Positions 8,987 to 18,988 are shown, numbered from the stretch's first letter. The stretch: DNA of 38,462 bases from Candidatus Nanohaloarchaea archaeon (GCA_046497485.1 JAWOFP010000040.1:1-38462); one strand, 5' to 3'. Translations and numbers: made by a program. Notes: generated from the letters alone by a model not told the origin.

Positions 8987-10573
8987 TCATCCAGTTATTT
9001 CATCTATTATCTCTATGGCTTTTTCATCTCCAATCGATATTATCAGTCTGGAAAGTCTTGGACCTTGCTCTCTGTTAAGTAGGGCCTGGTAGCTTGTGTT
9101 GAAGAATGCTCCGGTTCCCAACTCGGAATCTTTCTTAGCTTCAAAGATCTTTGAATCAAAGTCATCCTGATCTTCGTATCCTTGCTCGATTCTTTCTTTG
9201 AGAAGTTTTAAGGCCTCTAACTGATCTTCATCAAAGTCTCCTTCTGCGTCATAGTTAATCTGGTAGACATAATCTTCTGGTGCGTATTCACGGGCCCAGT
9301 TCTTCGCTCTCTCCAGTCTGTCAAGTACTCGTTCTACATCTTTCTCTGAAATATTTTCCGAGACATGATCGGTTCTTTTGAGTGATTCGATAGCTTTTGG
9401 GTCCCAGTCCTCTTCTGGAATAGTTTGAGCCACAAACGAAAGATGTTTGAAAGGTACTCTAACCGGTTTTTCTTCCGGAACTTCTACCGTTGCCAATTCA
9501 TAGACTCTTCTCTGATGCTCTTCCTTCCTCTCATTATCCATTTCTCCAGGATTGAAGTAGGCCTCTTCTATCCTGTCAAACTTGTCATATCTCTGGAAAA
9601 TCTCCTCGGACTCAAATGGAATTTCAAAGGCCTTATTCGGCTTAGTTCCCGAGAATAGGAATCTGATCATTTCAGGTGAATAGACTTTTTTCAGTTCGGA
9701 GATTGTGAAGACATATTCTCCACTGCTTGATGAAATCTTTGAACCGTCCTTTGTAACAAATTCATACATTTGGTGTACAGGCGGCTTTTTACCGTAGATT
9801 TCCTCTGCCAATTCGTTTCCTGTATCTCTTGATCCTCCTGAAGCGGAATGCTCTTTTCCTGCTGGCTCGAAATGGACATCCTCATACTTCCATCTCATTG
9901 GCCAGTCAATTCTCCAAGGCTGCTTTACATTTCCTTCCTCCTTGAAATTCAGTTGATTTTCTTCTTCACACTCTTTACAGTAGTAAGTTAGTGTGTATTC
10001 TCCGTCCCAGTCCTTTACTTCTGTGAAGTCCTTATCGCATTCTGTACAGTAGACTCTGATAGGATAGTAAGGAGTTTCAAGAGGCTCTTTTCGGTATTTA
10101 TCTAGTATTTCTTTGACTTTATCTCGTTTCTCTAGGCCTTTCTTGATTAAGTCTGTATATTCTGCTTTCTCAAAGTTTTTAGTCTGTCTAATGAACTCGA
10201 TGTCCATGTGCATGTCTTCAAGCTCTTCTTCGAGCTGTGATTCAAAGTGATCTGCGTAAGAGTCATGGCATCCTTCTGGATCAGGTACATGAGTCAATGG
10301 AAGGCCTAAATACTGTTCAAAGTCGTCAGGCACATTTGAAGGCACTTTCCTGAATCGGTCGTAATCGTCCCAAGAGTAGATAAATTTGACTTTTTCGCCT
10401 TTCTCTTTCAGTGATTTGACGACGAAGTCTGTTGTTATTATTTCTCTGAAGTTCCCGGCATGAACTATGCCTGAAGGCGAGATACCTGAGGCGCATACAT
10501 ATTCATCTTTTTCCGGGAACTCTTCTACAGTTTCTTCTGCTAACTGATCCGACCAAAACAGGGATTTACTCAT
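8987..10573 (-). CDS. lysS: Class I lysyl-tRNA synthetase
   Basis: SGISPSGIVHAGNFRE, DWPMRW, FEPAGKEH, KISSSSG. Confidence 0.97.
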   Translation of the reverse strand: MSKSLFWSDQLAEETVEEFPEKDEYVCASGISPSGIVHAGNFREIITTDFVVKSLKEKGEKVKFIYSWDDYDRFRKVPSNVPDDFEQYLGLPLTHVPDPEGCHDSYADHFESQLEEELEDMHMDIEFIRQTKNFEKAEYTDLIKKGLEKRDKVKEILDKYRKEPLETPYYPIRVYCTECDKDFTEVKDWDGEYTLTYYCKECEEENQLNFKEEGNVKQPWRIDWPMRWKYEDVHFEPAGKEHSASGGSRDTGNELAEEIYGKKPPVHQMYEFVTKDGSKISSSSGEYVFTISELKKVYSPEMIRFLFSGTKPNKAFEIPFESEEIFQRYDKFDRIEEAYFNPGEMDNERKEEHQRRVYELATVEVPEEKPVRVPFKHLSFVAQTIPEEDWDPKAIESLKRTDHVSENISEKDVERVLDRLERAKNWAREYAPEDYVYQINYDAEGDFDEDQLEALKLLKERIEQGYEDQDDFDSKIFEAKKDSELGTGAFFNTSYQALLNREQGPRLSRLIISIGDEKAIEIIDEITG

Positions 10574-10734
10574 GGGAAAAATTCAGGCCTCTAGATTTTT
10601 AACGCTGTCAGATTTTAGTCTTAAGATTTAAATTCGAGTTAATGTCAAGTTAAGATATGGAGATAGAATTTGAGTCGGTTGGAGGATCAGATTCAGATTT
10701 TAATAGAAAAAATGACATCAGCTTATTCTCTTTC

Positions 10735-12597
10735 CTATAGGAAATAATCTGAAACTTCCTCCATCTCACCCGCTTGAACCTTCCACAGCTTAGCATAGAT
10801 ACCGTCCTCTTCCAAGAGTTCTTCATGATTGCCTCTCTCAACAATCTTTCCATCATCCAATACAATTATTTTATCTGCATCTTTGATCGTTGAGAGCCTG
10901 TGAGCGATGGCTAAAACAGTCCTGTCCTGAGTTAGCTCTTCGATACCTTTCTGAATTTTGATCTCTGTCTCCGTATCAACATCACTTGTAGCTTCATCCA
11001 AGATGAGTATCTCAGGATCCTGAAGAATAGCTCTCGCAATACCGATTCTCTGTCTCTGCCCACCTGAAAGCTTGACGCCATCTTCTCCGACTTCAGAATC
11101 GTAACCTTCCGGAAGATCACCAATAAATTCGTGGGCCTGAGCCTTCTTGGCGGCCTCAACTACATCTTCCTTCGTAGCGTCCTCAACAGCATAAGCAATA
11201 TTCTCTTGAATACTTTCTGGGAACAGAACATTATCCTGGCTGACATAGCCTATAGAACTTCTCAAGCTCTTCAAATTAACATCTTGGATGTTCTGGTTAT
11301 CGACCCTGATTTCGCCTTCATCAATATTGTAAAACCTGAGCAAGAGCTTGACAACCGTGGATTTGCCCGCACCTGTGGGCCCGGCCAATGCTAGAGTCTC
11401 TTTAGAACCAATAGTAAAGTTCAAGTCTTCAACAACCGGCTCTTCATCGTATCCGAAAGTTACAGAATTATACTCTACTACACCCTCTCTTATCTGAAGA
11501 TCGGGCTTATCTTCGTCTTCCTCTTCTCTCTGACTTTGATCCATTAACCCAAAAACTCTTTCAGCAGACGCATAAGCCTCCTGATACATGTTCACAAAGT
11601 CGCCGAAGTTCGCCATCGGCCAGATAAACTCCTGAGTCAATAACATAAAAGTCACAAATTCACCCACGCTCAAATCACCAGTAAAGAAGAAAGGTGCTGT
11701 ATCATTTATCACCCAGTAACCTCCAACAATAAAAGTTAAGATAAATCCTGTACCGGCAAGAATCCTCATACCTGGATAGAACTTTATACGAGTCTTTATC
11801 GCACTCCAGTTGGTATCAAAGTACTGTTGAGATATTTTTTCAACTTCATCTTTTTCAAACTCTTCCATGGTAGAGGCCTTGATAACCTTAATACCGTCAA
11901 GATTGTTTTCTAGTAAAGAGTTAAGCTTCCCGACTGAATCCCTGACCTCGGAATAAATTGGTTGAACAGTTCTAACAAACCAGTATGTGAAAACGGCAAT
12001 TAATGGAGCAGCTACCAGTGAAACAAACGCCATTTGCCAATTTATCGAAAACAAGATAATCGAGATACCTAACATTGTAAAAACAATACGGACGAAAACA
12101 GTGGCTCCGCCGCTAAGAAACTCTTCTAAGTTATTAACATCATTGTTTAGTACGCTCATAAGTTCTCCAGAAGAGTTATTGTGGAAAAAATCCATGTTCA
12201 GATGTTGCATCGCATCATAGGTATCGACTCTTACATCGTGCTGAACTCTTTGAGCGAAAGCATTCAAACCATAGCCTCTCACCCAATTAAGAACTCCTTC
12301 AGCGATATAAGAAGCAACTATCAACCCTATTATCAAGTGAAACTGGCCTAACTGCGCTTCAGGAATAAAGGCCTCTGAAATCAAAGGAAGTGAAAGAGAT
12401 TCAGATCCAAAGACGGTATCAATAGCCGTACCAAAAAGAGTAGGAGGAATTAAGCTAATCAAGAACCCGAACATACCCCCAAATATTCCAAATGCCAAAA
12501 GTTCTTTCCGAGGCTTACCGTATTCCTTCAATAATCTGAGAATTGGATAATTAATTTCTTCTAAATCTGTATCAAGATCAGGTTCCTGCCCCGACAT
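10735..12597 (-). CDS. ABC exporter, fused permease/ATP-binding (MsbA-like)
   Basis: TM domain, GPTGAGKS, LSGGQRQR, ILDEATS, AHRLST. Confidence 0.95.
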   Translation of the reverse strand: MSGQEPDLDTDLEEINYPILRLLKEYGKPRKELLAFGIFGGMFGFLISLIPPTLFGTAIDTVFGSESLSLPLISEAFIPEAQLGQFHLIIGLIVASYIAEGVLNWVRGYGLNAFAQRVQHDVRVDTYDAMQHLNMDFFHNNSSGELMSVLNNDVNNLEEFLSGGATVFVRIVFTMLGISIILFSINWQMAFVSLVAAPLIAVFTYWFVRTVQPIYSEVRDSVGKLNSLLENNLDGIKVIKASTMEEFEKDEVEKISQQYFDTNWSAIKTRIKFYPGMRILAGTGFILTFIVGGYWVINDTAPFFFTGDLSVGEFVTFMLLTQEFIWPMANFGDFVNMYQEAYASAERVFGLMDQSQREEEDEDKPDLQIREGVVEYNSVTFGYDEEPVVEDLNFTIGSKETLALAGPTGAGKSTVVKLLLRFYNIDEGEIRVDNQNIQDVNLKSLRSSIGYVSQDNVLFPESIQENIAYAVEDATKEDVVEAAKKAQAHEFIGDLPEGYDSEVGEDGVKLSGGQRQRIGIARAILQDPEILILDEATSDVDTETEIKIQKGIEELTQDRTVLAIAHRLSTIKDADKIIVLDDGKIVERGNHEELLEEDGIYAKLWKVQAGEMEEVSDYFL

Positions 12598-12694
12598 AAG
12601 CTAGAATAGGCAGAGGTTATTTGTAAAGATTTGGAAGAAATTTTGCAATCTTAAGTTCAAAGGTTTTTAACATATACCAGTCAATTTGATTAAC

Positions 12695-13864
12695 ATGATT
12701 GAAGGATTAAATCCGAGACTTATTTTCGCCATCGCATTCGTCACAGGCATTCTGGCTGTTCTATACATTGACAGAAACAAAATTGAGAGACACTCAATCC
12801 TCTTCATCAGAAGAACGCAGAGAGGAATTGATTTACTCGATAGTATAGCCAAAAAAGCACCACGTTTCTGGAATATCTACGGATGGATAGGCGTCTTTTT
12901 CGCCTTGATAAGCATTCCATTGATGGTTTTCCAGATGGGATGGATAGTAAACAACTTTATCCAGACTGGCAGTTCGGAAGGAGGGCCTAGCGCGATACTT
13001 CCAGGCCTGACATCAGATACAACAGTAGGAGGAAATCTAGAGGCAGGAGTGACATTTATCCCTGTAGAGTACTGGGTTATCTCAATCGCCATAATCATGA
13101 TTGTACACGAGGCCTCTCATGGAATAATTGCAAGAATGGAAGACTTCGAGATTAATTCTGTCGGATGGCTTGTCCTAGGAATAATTCCCGGAGCATTTGT
13201 TGAACCTAAAGGAATGAAGTTAGGGGAAGATGACGAAGACGAAGGTCTTGGTGCAGCAGAAATATGGGACCAAGGAACCTATAAACAAAGATTAAAGGTC
13301 TTGGCAGCTGGTAGTTGGGCGAATTACTTAACCGCTGCAGTCTTTGGAGCAGGTTACATTGCTTTGATCGCATTTATCTTACCTGCATTCTTCTCAGGAG
13401 CAGTCCAGTATGATGCTATTGATGGCTATCCTGCTGCAGAAGCCGGAATGAATTCAGGTACATTAACAACGATTAACGGACAGGAAGTTCAGTCAGCCGA
13501 TGAGATACAGTCTATATTGAACGGTACCTCTCCAGGCGACACTATTAATTTAGTGAGCTCAGAAGGAGAGTTCGAGTTTGAACTAGGTGAAAGAGAAGGC
13601 TTAGAAACAGGGTTTATCGGAATTACATTCTCTTACCCATACTACATAACCTGGTTCGTGAATCTTTTCGCTATGATAGCGTTCCTGAATGTAGCTATTG
13701 GAATGTTCAACATGCTTCCAGCAAAACCTCTTGACGGAGGCCACATCCTGGATACGCTGATAGAAGGATTTGGGAAAGAGGAACAGAGAAAGTACGTGAA
13801 CTACTTCTCAGTTCTGATGTGGATAATAGTACTAGGCTCATTGATTACAGCGTTGATACTATGA
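12695..13864 (+). CDS. Site-2 protease (M50) with PDZ domain
   Basis: HEASH, NMLPAKPLDGG, PDZ-like PAAEAGM segment. Confidence 0.92.
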   Translation: MIEGLNPRLIFAIAFVTGILAVLYIDRNKIERHSILFIRRTQRGIDLLDSIAKKAPRFWNIYGWIGVFFALISIPLMVFQMGWIVNNFIQTGSSEGGPSAILPGLTSDTTVGGNLEAGVTFIPVEYWVISIAIIMIVHEASHGIIARMEDFEINSVGWLVLGIIPGAFVEPKGMKLGEDDEDEGLGAAEIWDQGTYKQRLKVLAAGSWANYLTAAVFGAGYIALIAFILPAFFSGAVQYDAIDGYPAAEAGMNSGTLTTINGQEVQSADEIQSILNGTSPGDTINLVSSEGEFEFELGEREGLETGFIGITFSYPYYITWFVNLFAMIAFLNVAIGMFNMLPAKPLDGGHILDTLIEGFGKEEQRKYVNYFSVLMWIIVLGSLITALIL

Positions 13865-14166
13865 CACATACGATAGAAGTTGTGGATAGAGGAGAGAAAG
13901 TAGAAGCTAAAGACGGTCAAGACATTTTACAGGCCTTGCTTCAAGGGGGTGTCGAATGGATGCATGCTTGCGGAGGATTCTGCAACTGCACCACTTGTAG
14001 AGTAAAAGTAGAGGAAGGAATGGAGAATCTCTCTGAAATGCAGCAGGATGAGAAAAATACCTTACGGAGATACCAGGGAGATGAAGTACTGGATGGGCCT
14101 TTCAGGCTAAGCTGTCAGGCGGATGTACACGGTGATGTGAAGATTTCAGAACCAGAATGGTTTTAG
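13861..14166 (+). CDS. 2Fe-2S ferredoxin (adrenodoxin-like)
   Basis: ACGGFCNCTTC...RLSCQ; ATGA overlap with the upstream gene gives start 13861. Confidence 0.9.
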   Translation: MTHTIEVVDRGEKVEAKDGQDILQALLQGGVEWMHACGGFCNCTTCRVKVEEGMENLSEMQQDEKNTLRRYQGDEVLDGPFRLSCQADVHGDVKISEPEWF

Positions 14167-14170
14167 TTTT

Positions 14171-14287
14171 ATGAAAGAAGAACAGAGGCCTAAATGTTGG
14201 AACTGTGGTTCGCTTATGACAAAGTTCGTGGCATGTGAATTAAAATGCTTTAAGTGTGGTTTTATCCGCGATTGCTCCGACCCGTAA
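14171..14287 (+). CDS. Zinc-finger microprotein (38 aa)
   Basis: Manual translation MKEEQRPKCWNCGSLMTKFVACELKCFKCGFIRDCSDP; 4 nt after the ferredoxin stop. Confidence 0.75.
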   Translation: MKEEQRPKCWNCGSLMTKFVACELKCFKCGFIRDCSDP

Positions 14288-14360
14288 CGCGTTGGCTAGT
14301 GCATTTATTGCAGAGTCCGAACATCGTCTTATTACTGCATCCTTTTCTTACACATTCCAC
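14262..14360 (-). CDS. Possible Cys-rich microprotein (32 aa, GTG start)
   Basis: (M)ECVRKGCSNKTMFGLCNKCTSQRVTGRSNRG; Cx4C...CxxC; overlaps the 3' end of the previous gene. Confidence 0.3.
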   Translation of the reverse strand: MECVRKGCSNKTMFGLCNKCTSQRVTGRSNRG

Positions 14361-14547
14361 ATCTTTGAGTGCTCTGAACAGCTTTTTGAACCCTTAGAAC
14401 CGAAAACGGTTTAGGGAGTTAGTATATAAAGTTTGGGATGGCATTTCCTTAATCTGTAAGCGACATTCTCAGACTCTTGGGGTTTTGGAGTCTGCGAACT
14501 GTTAATCTAAAACCAATACAAATTCAATAAAGGTGACTTAAACAAAA

Positions 14548-14733
14548 ATGACTGACACTGTAAAATGCCCTTACTGCGGCGAAGTCTTCGAGGGGGAAGA
14601 CGAAGCTGAAGCAAGGACTCAAGAAGGAATCCACAGAGCTGAAAACCATGTAAATCAGCAGGATTCTACTTCCAAAGCGACGAAAGGAAGAAACATTATC
14701 GACGACTGGAAGACAGAAGGCCACAAGGCCTAA
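14548..14733 (+). CDS. C2H2-type zinc-finger microprotein
   Basis: CPYCG...HRAENH; upstream GGTGA and TATATAAA near 14423. Confidence 0.75.
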   Translation: MTDTVKCPYCGEVFEGEDEAEARTQEGIHRAENHVNQQDSTSKATKGRNIIDDWKTEGHKA

Positions 14734-14772
14734 AATCTTCTCTTCCTTTTAACGCACACTCTCTTTTTCTTT

Positions 14773-14946
14773 ATGAACTTAGATAAACTAAAGATAGGCC
14801 TTATTATTGGAATACCTGTTCTACTACCTCCAATACTCCAGTTCAGATACAATATATCAGCGCCCATAGTACTTGGAGCAATTATAGTAGCTTATCTCCC
14901 TCTATGGTACAGATTAAACTACCAAAACACCGATTCCGATGAATGA
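14773..14946 (+). CDS. Small membrane protein (57 aa, two hydrophobic segments)
   Basis: Manual translation MNLDKLKIGLIIGIPVLLPPILQFRYNISAPIVLGAIIVAYLPLWYRLNYQNTDSDE. Confidence 0.6.
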   Translation: MNLDKLKIGLIIGIPVLLPPILQFRYNISAPIVLGAIIVAYLPLWYRLNYQNTDSDE

Positions 14947-15011
14947 CTGTGTAGGCCTCTACAGAAATCTTTAATTACAAAAGAGCCCATTAATTTGATT
15001 GGTGAGAATGG

Positions 15012-15143
15012 ATGAAGCTCGGTAAATGTCTAATCTGTGGAGAAAGAGTCGATACAGAGGAAATCTACATTACAGCTACAGAGGGCTATGCTCATACTCA
15101 CTGTCTGAAGAATTCAAAACATTCATCAGGCATGTCCGCATGA
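15012..15143 (+). CDS. CxxC...HxxC zinc-finger microprotein (43 aa)
   Basis: MKLGKCLICGERVDTEEIYITATEGYAHTHCLKNSKHSSGMSA; SD-like GGTGA at 15001-15005. Confidence 0.65.
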   Translation: MKLGKCLICGERVDTEEIYITATEGYAHTHCLKNSKHSSGMSA

Positions 15144-15199
15144 ACATTCTAGTGTTCTGATATCTTCCTTATATTCTAGTTATTTCTATATTTAGAGAA

Positions 15200-15274
15200 T
15201 GCGGCTATCGGGATTTGAACCCGAGTCTACGCCTCGAGAGGGCGTGATGATTGGCCGGACTACACTATAGCCGC
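15200..15274 (-). tRNA. tRNA-Glu(CTC)
   Basis: Acceptor GCGGCTA/TAGCCGC-A, anticodon arm ACGCC-CT-CTC-GA-GGCGT, GTTCAAATC. Confidence 0.96.
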
Positions 15275-15329
15275 TTGTAGATACAAGATAAATTTCAAAG
15301 ATTTAAATGTGAGACCACTTTTTCCTTTC

Positions 15330-15686
15330 ATGGATCTGGAGAAACTAATTCCGGAAAACTACGGCGGACTTGAAAACTCAGACCTTCCACTATCAGAAGG
15401 AAGAATAGCAAGACTGTTCAGAGAAAACATGAGCGAGGAACAAACTCTTGACGGAGATGTACCTCATGTAGTAAACTGTGTGCTCTCAGAACTGCTTGAA
15501 GCAATTATTGATGAATCCATGAACGAGGCAGAACTTATGCATAAAGTAAAGGAAGCTCATGTCAGAAAGGCATTGAGAAGCGTAGAAGTCAAAGAGCAGT
15601 ACTCAGCGCGTTCAGAAGCATTCATCGAAGAGCTTAGAACCATTGCTGATGAGATGGAAGAGACTGCTGATAGACTCGATAATTAA
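15330..15686 (+). CDS. Histone-fold protein with C-terminal coiled coil
   Basis: LPLSEGRIARLFRE...VLSELLEAIIDESMNEAE..KVKEAHVRKAL matches the histone-fold helix pattern by eye; heptad-like helical tail. Confidence 0.6.
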   Translation: MDLEKLIPENYGGLENSDLPLSEGRIARLFRENMSEEQTLDGDVPHVVNCVLSELLEAIIDESMNEAELMHKVKEAHVRKALRSVEVKEQYSARSEAFIEELRTIADEMEETADRLDN

Positions 15687-15718
15687 ATATAAATCCTGAT
15701 TTTCCTCATTTCTTTTTT

Positions 15719-15949
15719 ATGAGAGATCTTGATTACTTTGACTGGAGCTCACTTATACTCGTAACTATCGGAGCCTTTAACTGGGGTTTAGTAGGCCTCG
15801 GACAGCTTTCAGGTACTGGCAGAGATACTTATAACTTAATCAATATAGCTTTAGGTTCTTTTCCAGAGCTTGAAGCGAGCCTATATGCTTTAATAGGACT
15901 AGCCGGACTATACCAAGTGTATTTCGAGTTTAAGCTTTACGAAGACTGA
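15719..15949 (+). CDS. DUF378 family membrane protein
   Basis: LILVTIGAFNWGLVGL...YALIGLAGLY. Confidence 0.9.
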   Translation: MRDLDYFDWSSLILVTIGAFNWGLVGLGQLSGTGRDTYNLINIALGSFPELEASLYALIGLAGLYQVYFEFKLYED

Positions 15950-16122
15950 TTTATCTCTTCTTCAACCTGGCTCATTTCATCTTCCATTTCTTCTAGAAAG
16001 TCCATCTCCTGCTCAAATCTCTGGAGCGACTGAGTGAACTTCATCTTTACATACAGCATTACAAGACCGGCGCCTAGAAACATTCCTGTCGTGAAAGCAA
16101 GGCCCAAGTATAGTAGATTCAT
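15937..16122 (-). CDS. Small single-TM protein with acidic tail
   Basis: N-terminal hydrophobic helix, acidic helical C-terminus. Confidence 0.6.
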   Translation of the reverse strand: MNLLYLGLAFTTGMFLGAGLVMLYVKMKFTQSLQRFEQEMDFLEEMEDEMSQVEEEINQSS

Positions 16123-16199
16123 GGAAGGTATTTACAGTTTTATGTTGATAAAACCTATTTGAGATGGAAAAACAGAGATTTCTCGCAAACTTTCTATGG

Positions 16200-16694
16200 T
16201 CAAAGGTTGCCGCTTTTCTTGTAGGCCTCGGCGCCTGGCAGGTCTCTGAGAACATCATCTTTGGAGTATTGGTCTTCACTGTTCTTATACTGTTGATACC
16301 TATATTTGTCCATTACCTTCACATCAGAGACTACGCTTGAGATCTTCTGAAAAGCAGCCTCAAAACTACTGAACTGGAAGAGATGCGAGTTACAGCCACA
16401 GTCACTCGAACCAAATTTATCTACTGGAGCATCCATCTTTTGACTTAGACTGCACTCAAGATCTTTATCAGGAAAAATCAGTGCTACTTCAAGAGTTCCT
16501 TTTTCAAGCAGGTAATCTATGTGCCAGTGAATCTTGTTGTCAGAGGAAAAATGTCTGAATACTCTCTTTAGGCCTCCTGGTCCAAAGGCTGAGCCATTGT
16601 AAACCACGTAATCTGATTCGAATTTTTTCAGGCCTAGTGCCCCTACTTCTGCCTCTTCAGGTGCTTTAATTATCAATGAGTAGCTGCCTTTCAT
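16200..16694 (-). CDS. DUF123 / GIY-YIG (Uri superfamily) nuclease-like protein
   Basis: MKGSYSLII, YNGSAFGPGGL, HWHIDYLL, FGSSDCGCNSHL; start at 16694 overlaps the upstream stop. Confidence 0.88.
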   Translation of the reverse strand: MKGSYSLIIKAPEEAEVGALGLKKFESDYVVYNGSAFGPGGLKRVFRHFSSDNKIHWHIDYLLEKGTLEVALIFPDKDLECSLSQKMDAPVDKFGSSDCGCNSHLFQFSSFEAAFQKISSVVSDVKVMDKYRYQQYKNSEDQYSKDDVLRDLPGAEAYKKSGNL

Positions 16695-17212
16695 AGTAAA
16701 AACAGTATAACTGAGATAGCCACTAATGCTATGTAGACAGGTTTTGAAGCATCTAAAATCTTTTTCCCATCGATGTTTCCGAACGGAATCAGGTTGAACA
16801 ATGCAAGCCATACATTAATCATACTACCATAACTGCCGATTTGGCCTGGCACCATCAGGAAGATAATGCCTAGAACTATATTTGTTATCGGTCCTGCAGA
16901 GGTTATCCAAAGCTGTTGTTCTCTGGTTCTCTGACCTGCTGTATAGACTGCTCCGGGTGCTGCAAAGATAAATCCTGCGAAGGATGCGAATAATGCGATT
17001 GCCAGCATCTGATAATCTGCTATAAACTCTGCGTTTAACCCGTACTGTTGGGCAACGACTTTGTGCGCTAGTTCGTGAAGTAAGAATCCTAATCCTGCTG
17101 TCAGTAAAGCTACAAGTATAGAATTGAAGTTAAGGCCTCCTAGCAGGTTAGCGAAGGCTACTCCGAGTATCAGCCATGCCAGTAAAAGGTCTCTTTTTTC
17201 TTCAAATTTCAT
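16691..17212 (-). CDS. M50-family zinc metalloprotease
   Basis: HELAH, AGPITN, NLIPFGNIDG. Confidence 0.9.
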   Translation of the reverse strand: MKFEEKRDLLLAWLILGVAFANLLGGLNFNSILVALLTAGLGFLLHELAHKVVAQQYGLNAEFIADYQMLAIALFASFAGFIFAAPGAVYTAGQRTREQQLWITSAGPITNIVLGIIFLMVPGQIGSYGSMINVWLALFNLIPFGNIDGKKILDASKPVYIALVAISVILFLL

Positions 17213-17218
17213 TTTTTA

Positions 17219-18196
17219 TCAGATTCCCAGCAAGGTTATTGCCACGGTAAAGTAGATGAGCAAAGCTGTTATATCCTTGATCGTTGTAACCATGGGATCG
17301 GAGACAGCGGCAGGATCTCTACCCAGTCTTTGAGCAGCCAATGGAATCAAATATCCGATGACTGAGGCCGTGAAACAGGTTAAAGTCATTGAAACAGCTA
17401 TAACTAATCCTACAGTAAGATTTCCCTGCCAGAGAAATGCTGCAAGCCCTGAAAGACTTCCTATAACCGCCCCAATAATCAGGCCTGTAAGTCCTTCTCG
17501 TGCGACAAAATTGAAGTAGTTCTGATCATGGATCTGGCCCAAAGTCATTCCCCTCACAAGTATTGTAGATGACTGAGTCCCCACATTTCCACCCATATTC
17601 ATGATTAACGGGATGAAGAACGCAAGAACAACTACCGATTGAAGCGTCTGCTCATAGCTTTCGATTACAGATCCTGCAACTAGGCCTCCGACTAGCGAGA
17701 ATAGCAGCCATGGGATCCTTGCATAGGCCTCTCGGAGTACTGATGCGTGAAGCATTTTTTCGCTTCTGTAGAACTGTTCATCGTCTACAACTCCTGCGCG
17801 TTTAAAAATATCATCTGTTTCCTCTGCTTCTAAAATTTCAAGTATGTCATCAAGCCTCAGGACTCCAACCATCCTCTCATTTTCAATTACAGGAAAGGCC
17901 TGGAAATCATATTTAGCGGCTTTTCTCGCCGCACTCTCTAGATCCATTTCAGGTCTGAAAGAGATAAAATCAGTCCTCATCGCCTCTTCCAGAGTTTCGG
18001 AGTTCATCAGGTCTTTTACAGAAGCGAGGCCTTTCAGCTTATCGTTTTCTTCTACAAAAATATAGTAAATAGAAGGCTTTTCATGGAATTCAGAGTTTTT
18101 GAACTGTTCCAGAGCTTCTTCCTTGGATGTATCTGACTCCACTATTAGAAAGTCGCTGCTTGAAAATTCTCCTGCTGTCAAGTCCTCTGGAGCCAT
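17219..18196 (-). CDS. mgtE: Magnesium transporter MgtE (CBS pair plus membrane domain)
   Basis: RIPWL, MGGNVGTQS, DPAAVSDPMVTTIKD. Confidence 0.93.
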   Translation of the reverse strand: MAPEDLTAGEFSSSDFLIVESDTSKEEALEQFKNSEFHEKPSIYYIFVEENDKLKGLASVKDLMNSETLEEAMRTDFISFRPEMDLESAARKAAKYDFQAFPVIENERMVGVLRLDDILEILEAEETDDIFKRAGVVDDEQFYRSEKMLHASVLREAYARIPWLLFSLVGGLVAGSVIESYEQTLQSVVVLAFFIPLIMNMGGNVGTQSSTILVRGMTLGQIHDQNYFNFVAREGLTGLIIGAVIGSLSGLAAFLWQGNLTVGLVIAVSMTLTCFTASVIGYLIPLAAQRLGRDPAAVSDPMVTTIKDITALLIYFTVAITLLGI

Positions 18197-18290
18197 AACT
18201 TAAAGTGGTTAAAGATTTATTTTAAGCCAAGCCTTTAAATCGTAATACATCGTAATACTTTATAAACCAGGGCTGATAAAATAGACAAAT

Positions 18291-18776
18291 ATGAATCCGA
18301 TAAACGACCCCTTGAATTTTGGAGACGACGACATTGAGAATCCGCCAGGTAAGACCACTGGAGATATTAAGTATCCTACGCCAGACCGTGAATATCCTGT
18401 TACCGATGGCGGAGTTCAATCAGATCCATCTCAGATTTCAGGTATCGAAGAAAGTCTAACTCCAGAAGAAGTGCCTATCGAAGACTTACTTGAAATGCTT
18501 CCTGAAGAACAGAGAAGACTCCAAGATAAGAAAGGTTATACTCCTAGAGGCCTGATGAAGGCCGCAGAAAACGCTTTAGAACACTCTTTTTATACAGCAG
18601 ATCAGACAGTTTCAGGCACAAATTACAGCATCAGACAGTTAGCACAAGACAGTTCTGCAGAAAGGGCTCATGACGCTTTAGAAAAATTGCGAAGAGAATA
18701 TTTCGATAGATTTGACTTGAGCATAGATAGAGAAGACACAGTAATAGAAATGCCATTCTACAGGCCTAAAGAATAA
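18291..18776 (+). CDS. Orphan acidic hypothetical protein
   Basis: 161 aa, Pro-rich N-terminus; TTTATAAA promoter near 18259. Confidence 0.7.
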   Translation: MNPINDPLNFGDDDIENPPGKTTGDIKYPTPDREYPVTDGGVQSDPSQISGIEESLTPEEVPIEDLLEMLPEEQRRLQDKKGYTPRGLMKAAENALEHSFYTADQTVSGTNYSIRQLAQDSSAERAHDALEKLRREYFDRFDLSIDREDTVIEMPFYRPKE

Positions 18777-18796
18777 TCAAAAATTCAACTAAGAAA

Positions 18797-18874
18797 AGGT
18801 TTGGACTCTGTGCCTTTTCACACCCCGAATCACGTTAAAGGCATTAAAGTCAACGCTCTCTATGTTTAACACTG
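18797..18874 (-). ncRNA. Structured repeat copy 1, candidate small RNA
   Basis: Near-identical to 19537-19617; TGCCTTT/AAAGGCA stem; TATA-like box ~23 nt upstream on the minus strand. Confidence 0.55.
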
Positions 18875-18988
18875 CTGGGAAAAAGATTTAAGTTATTATA
18901 TACTCGAGACAGATTGGAGTAATTATTCTAGTCTGAAGATAGATATAGAAATGAAGAAATTGATGGTAAAAAATTACAGAATTGTCAA

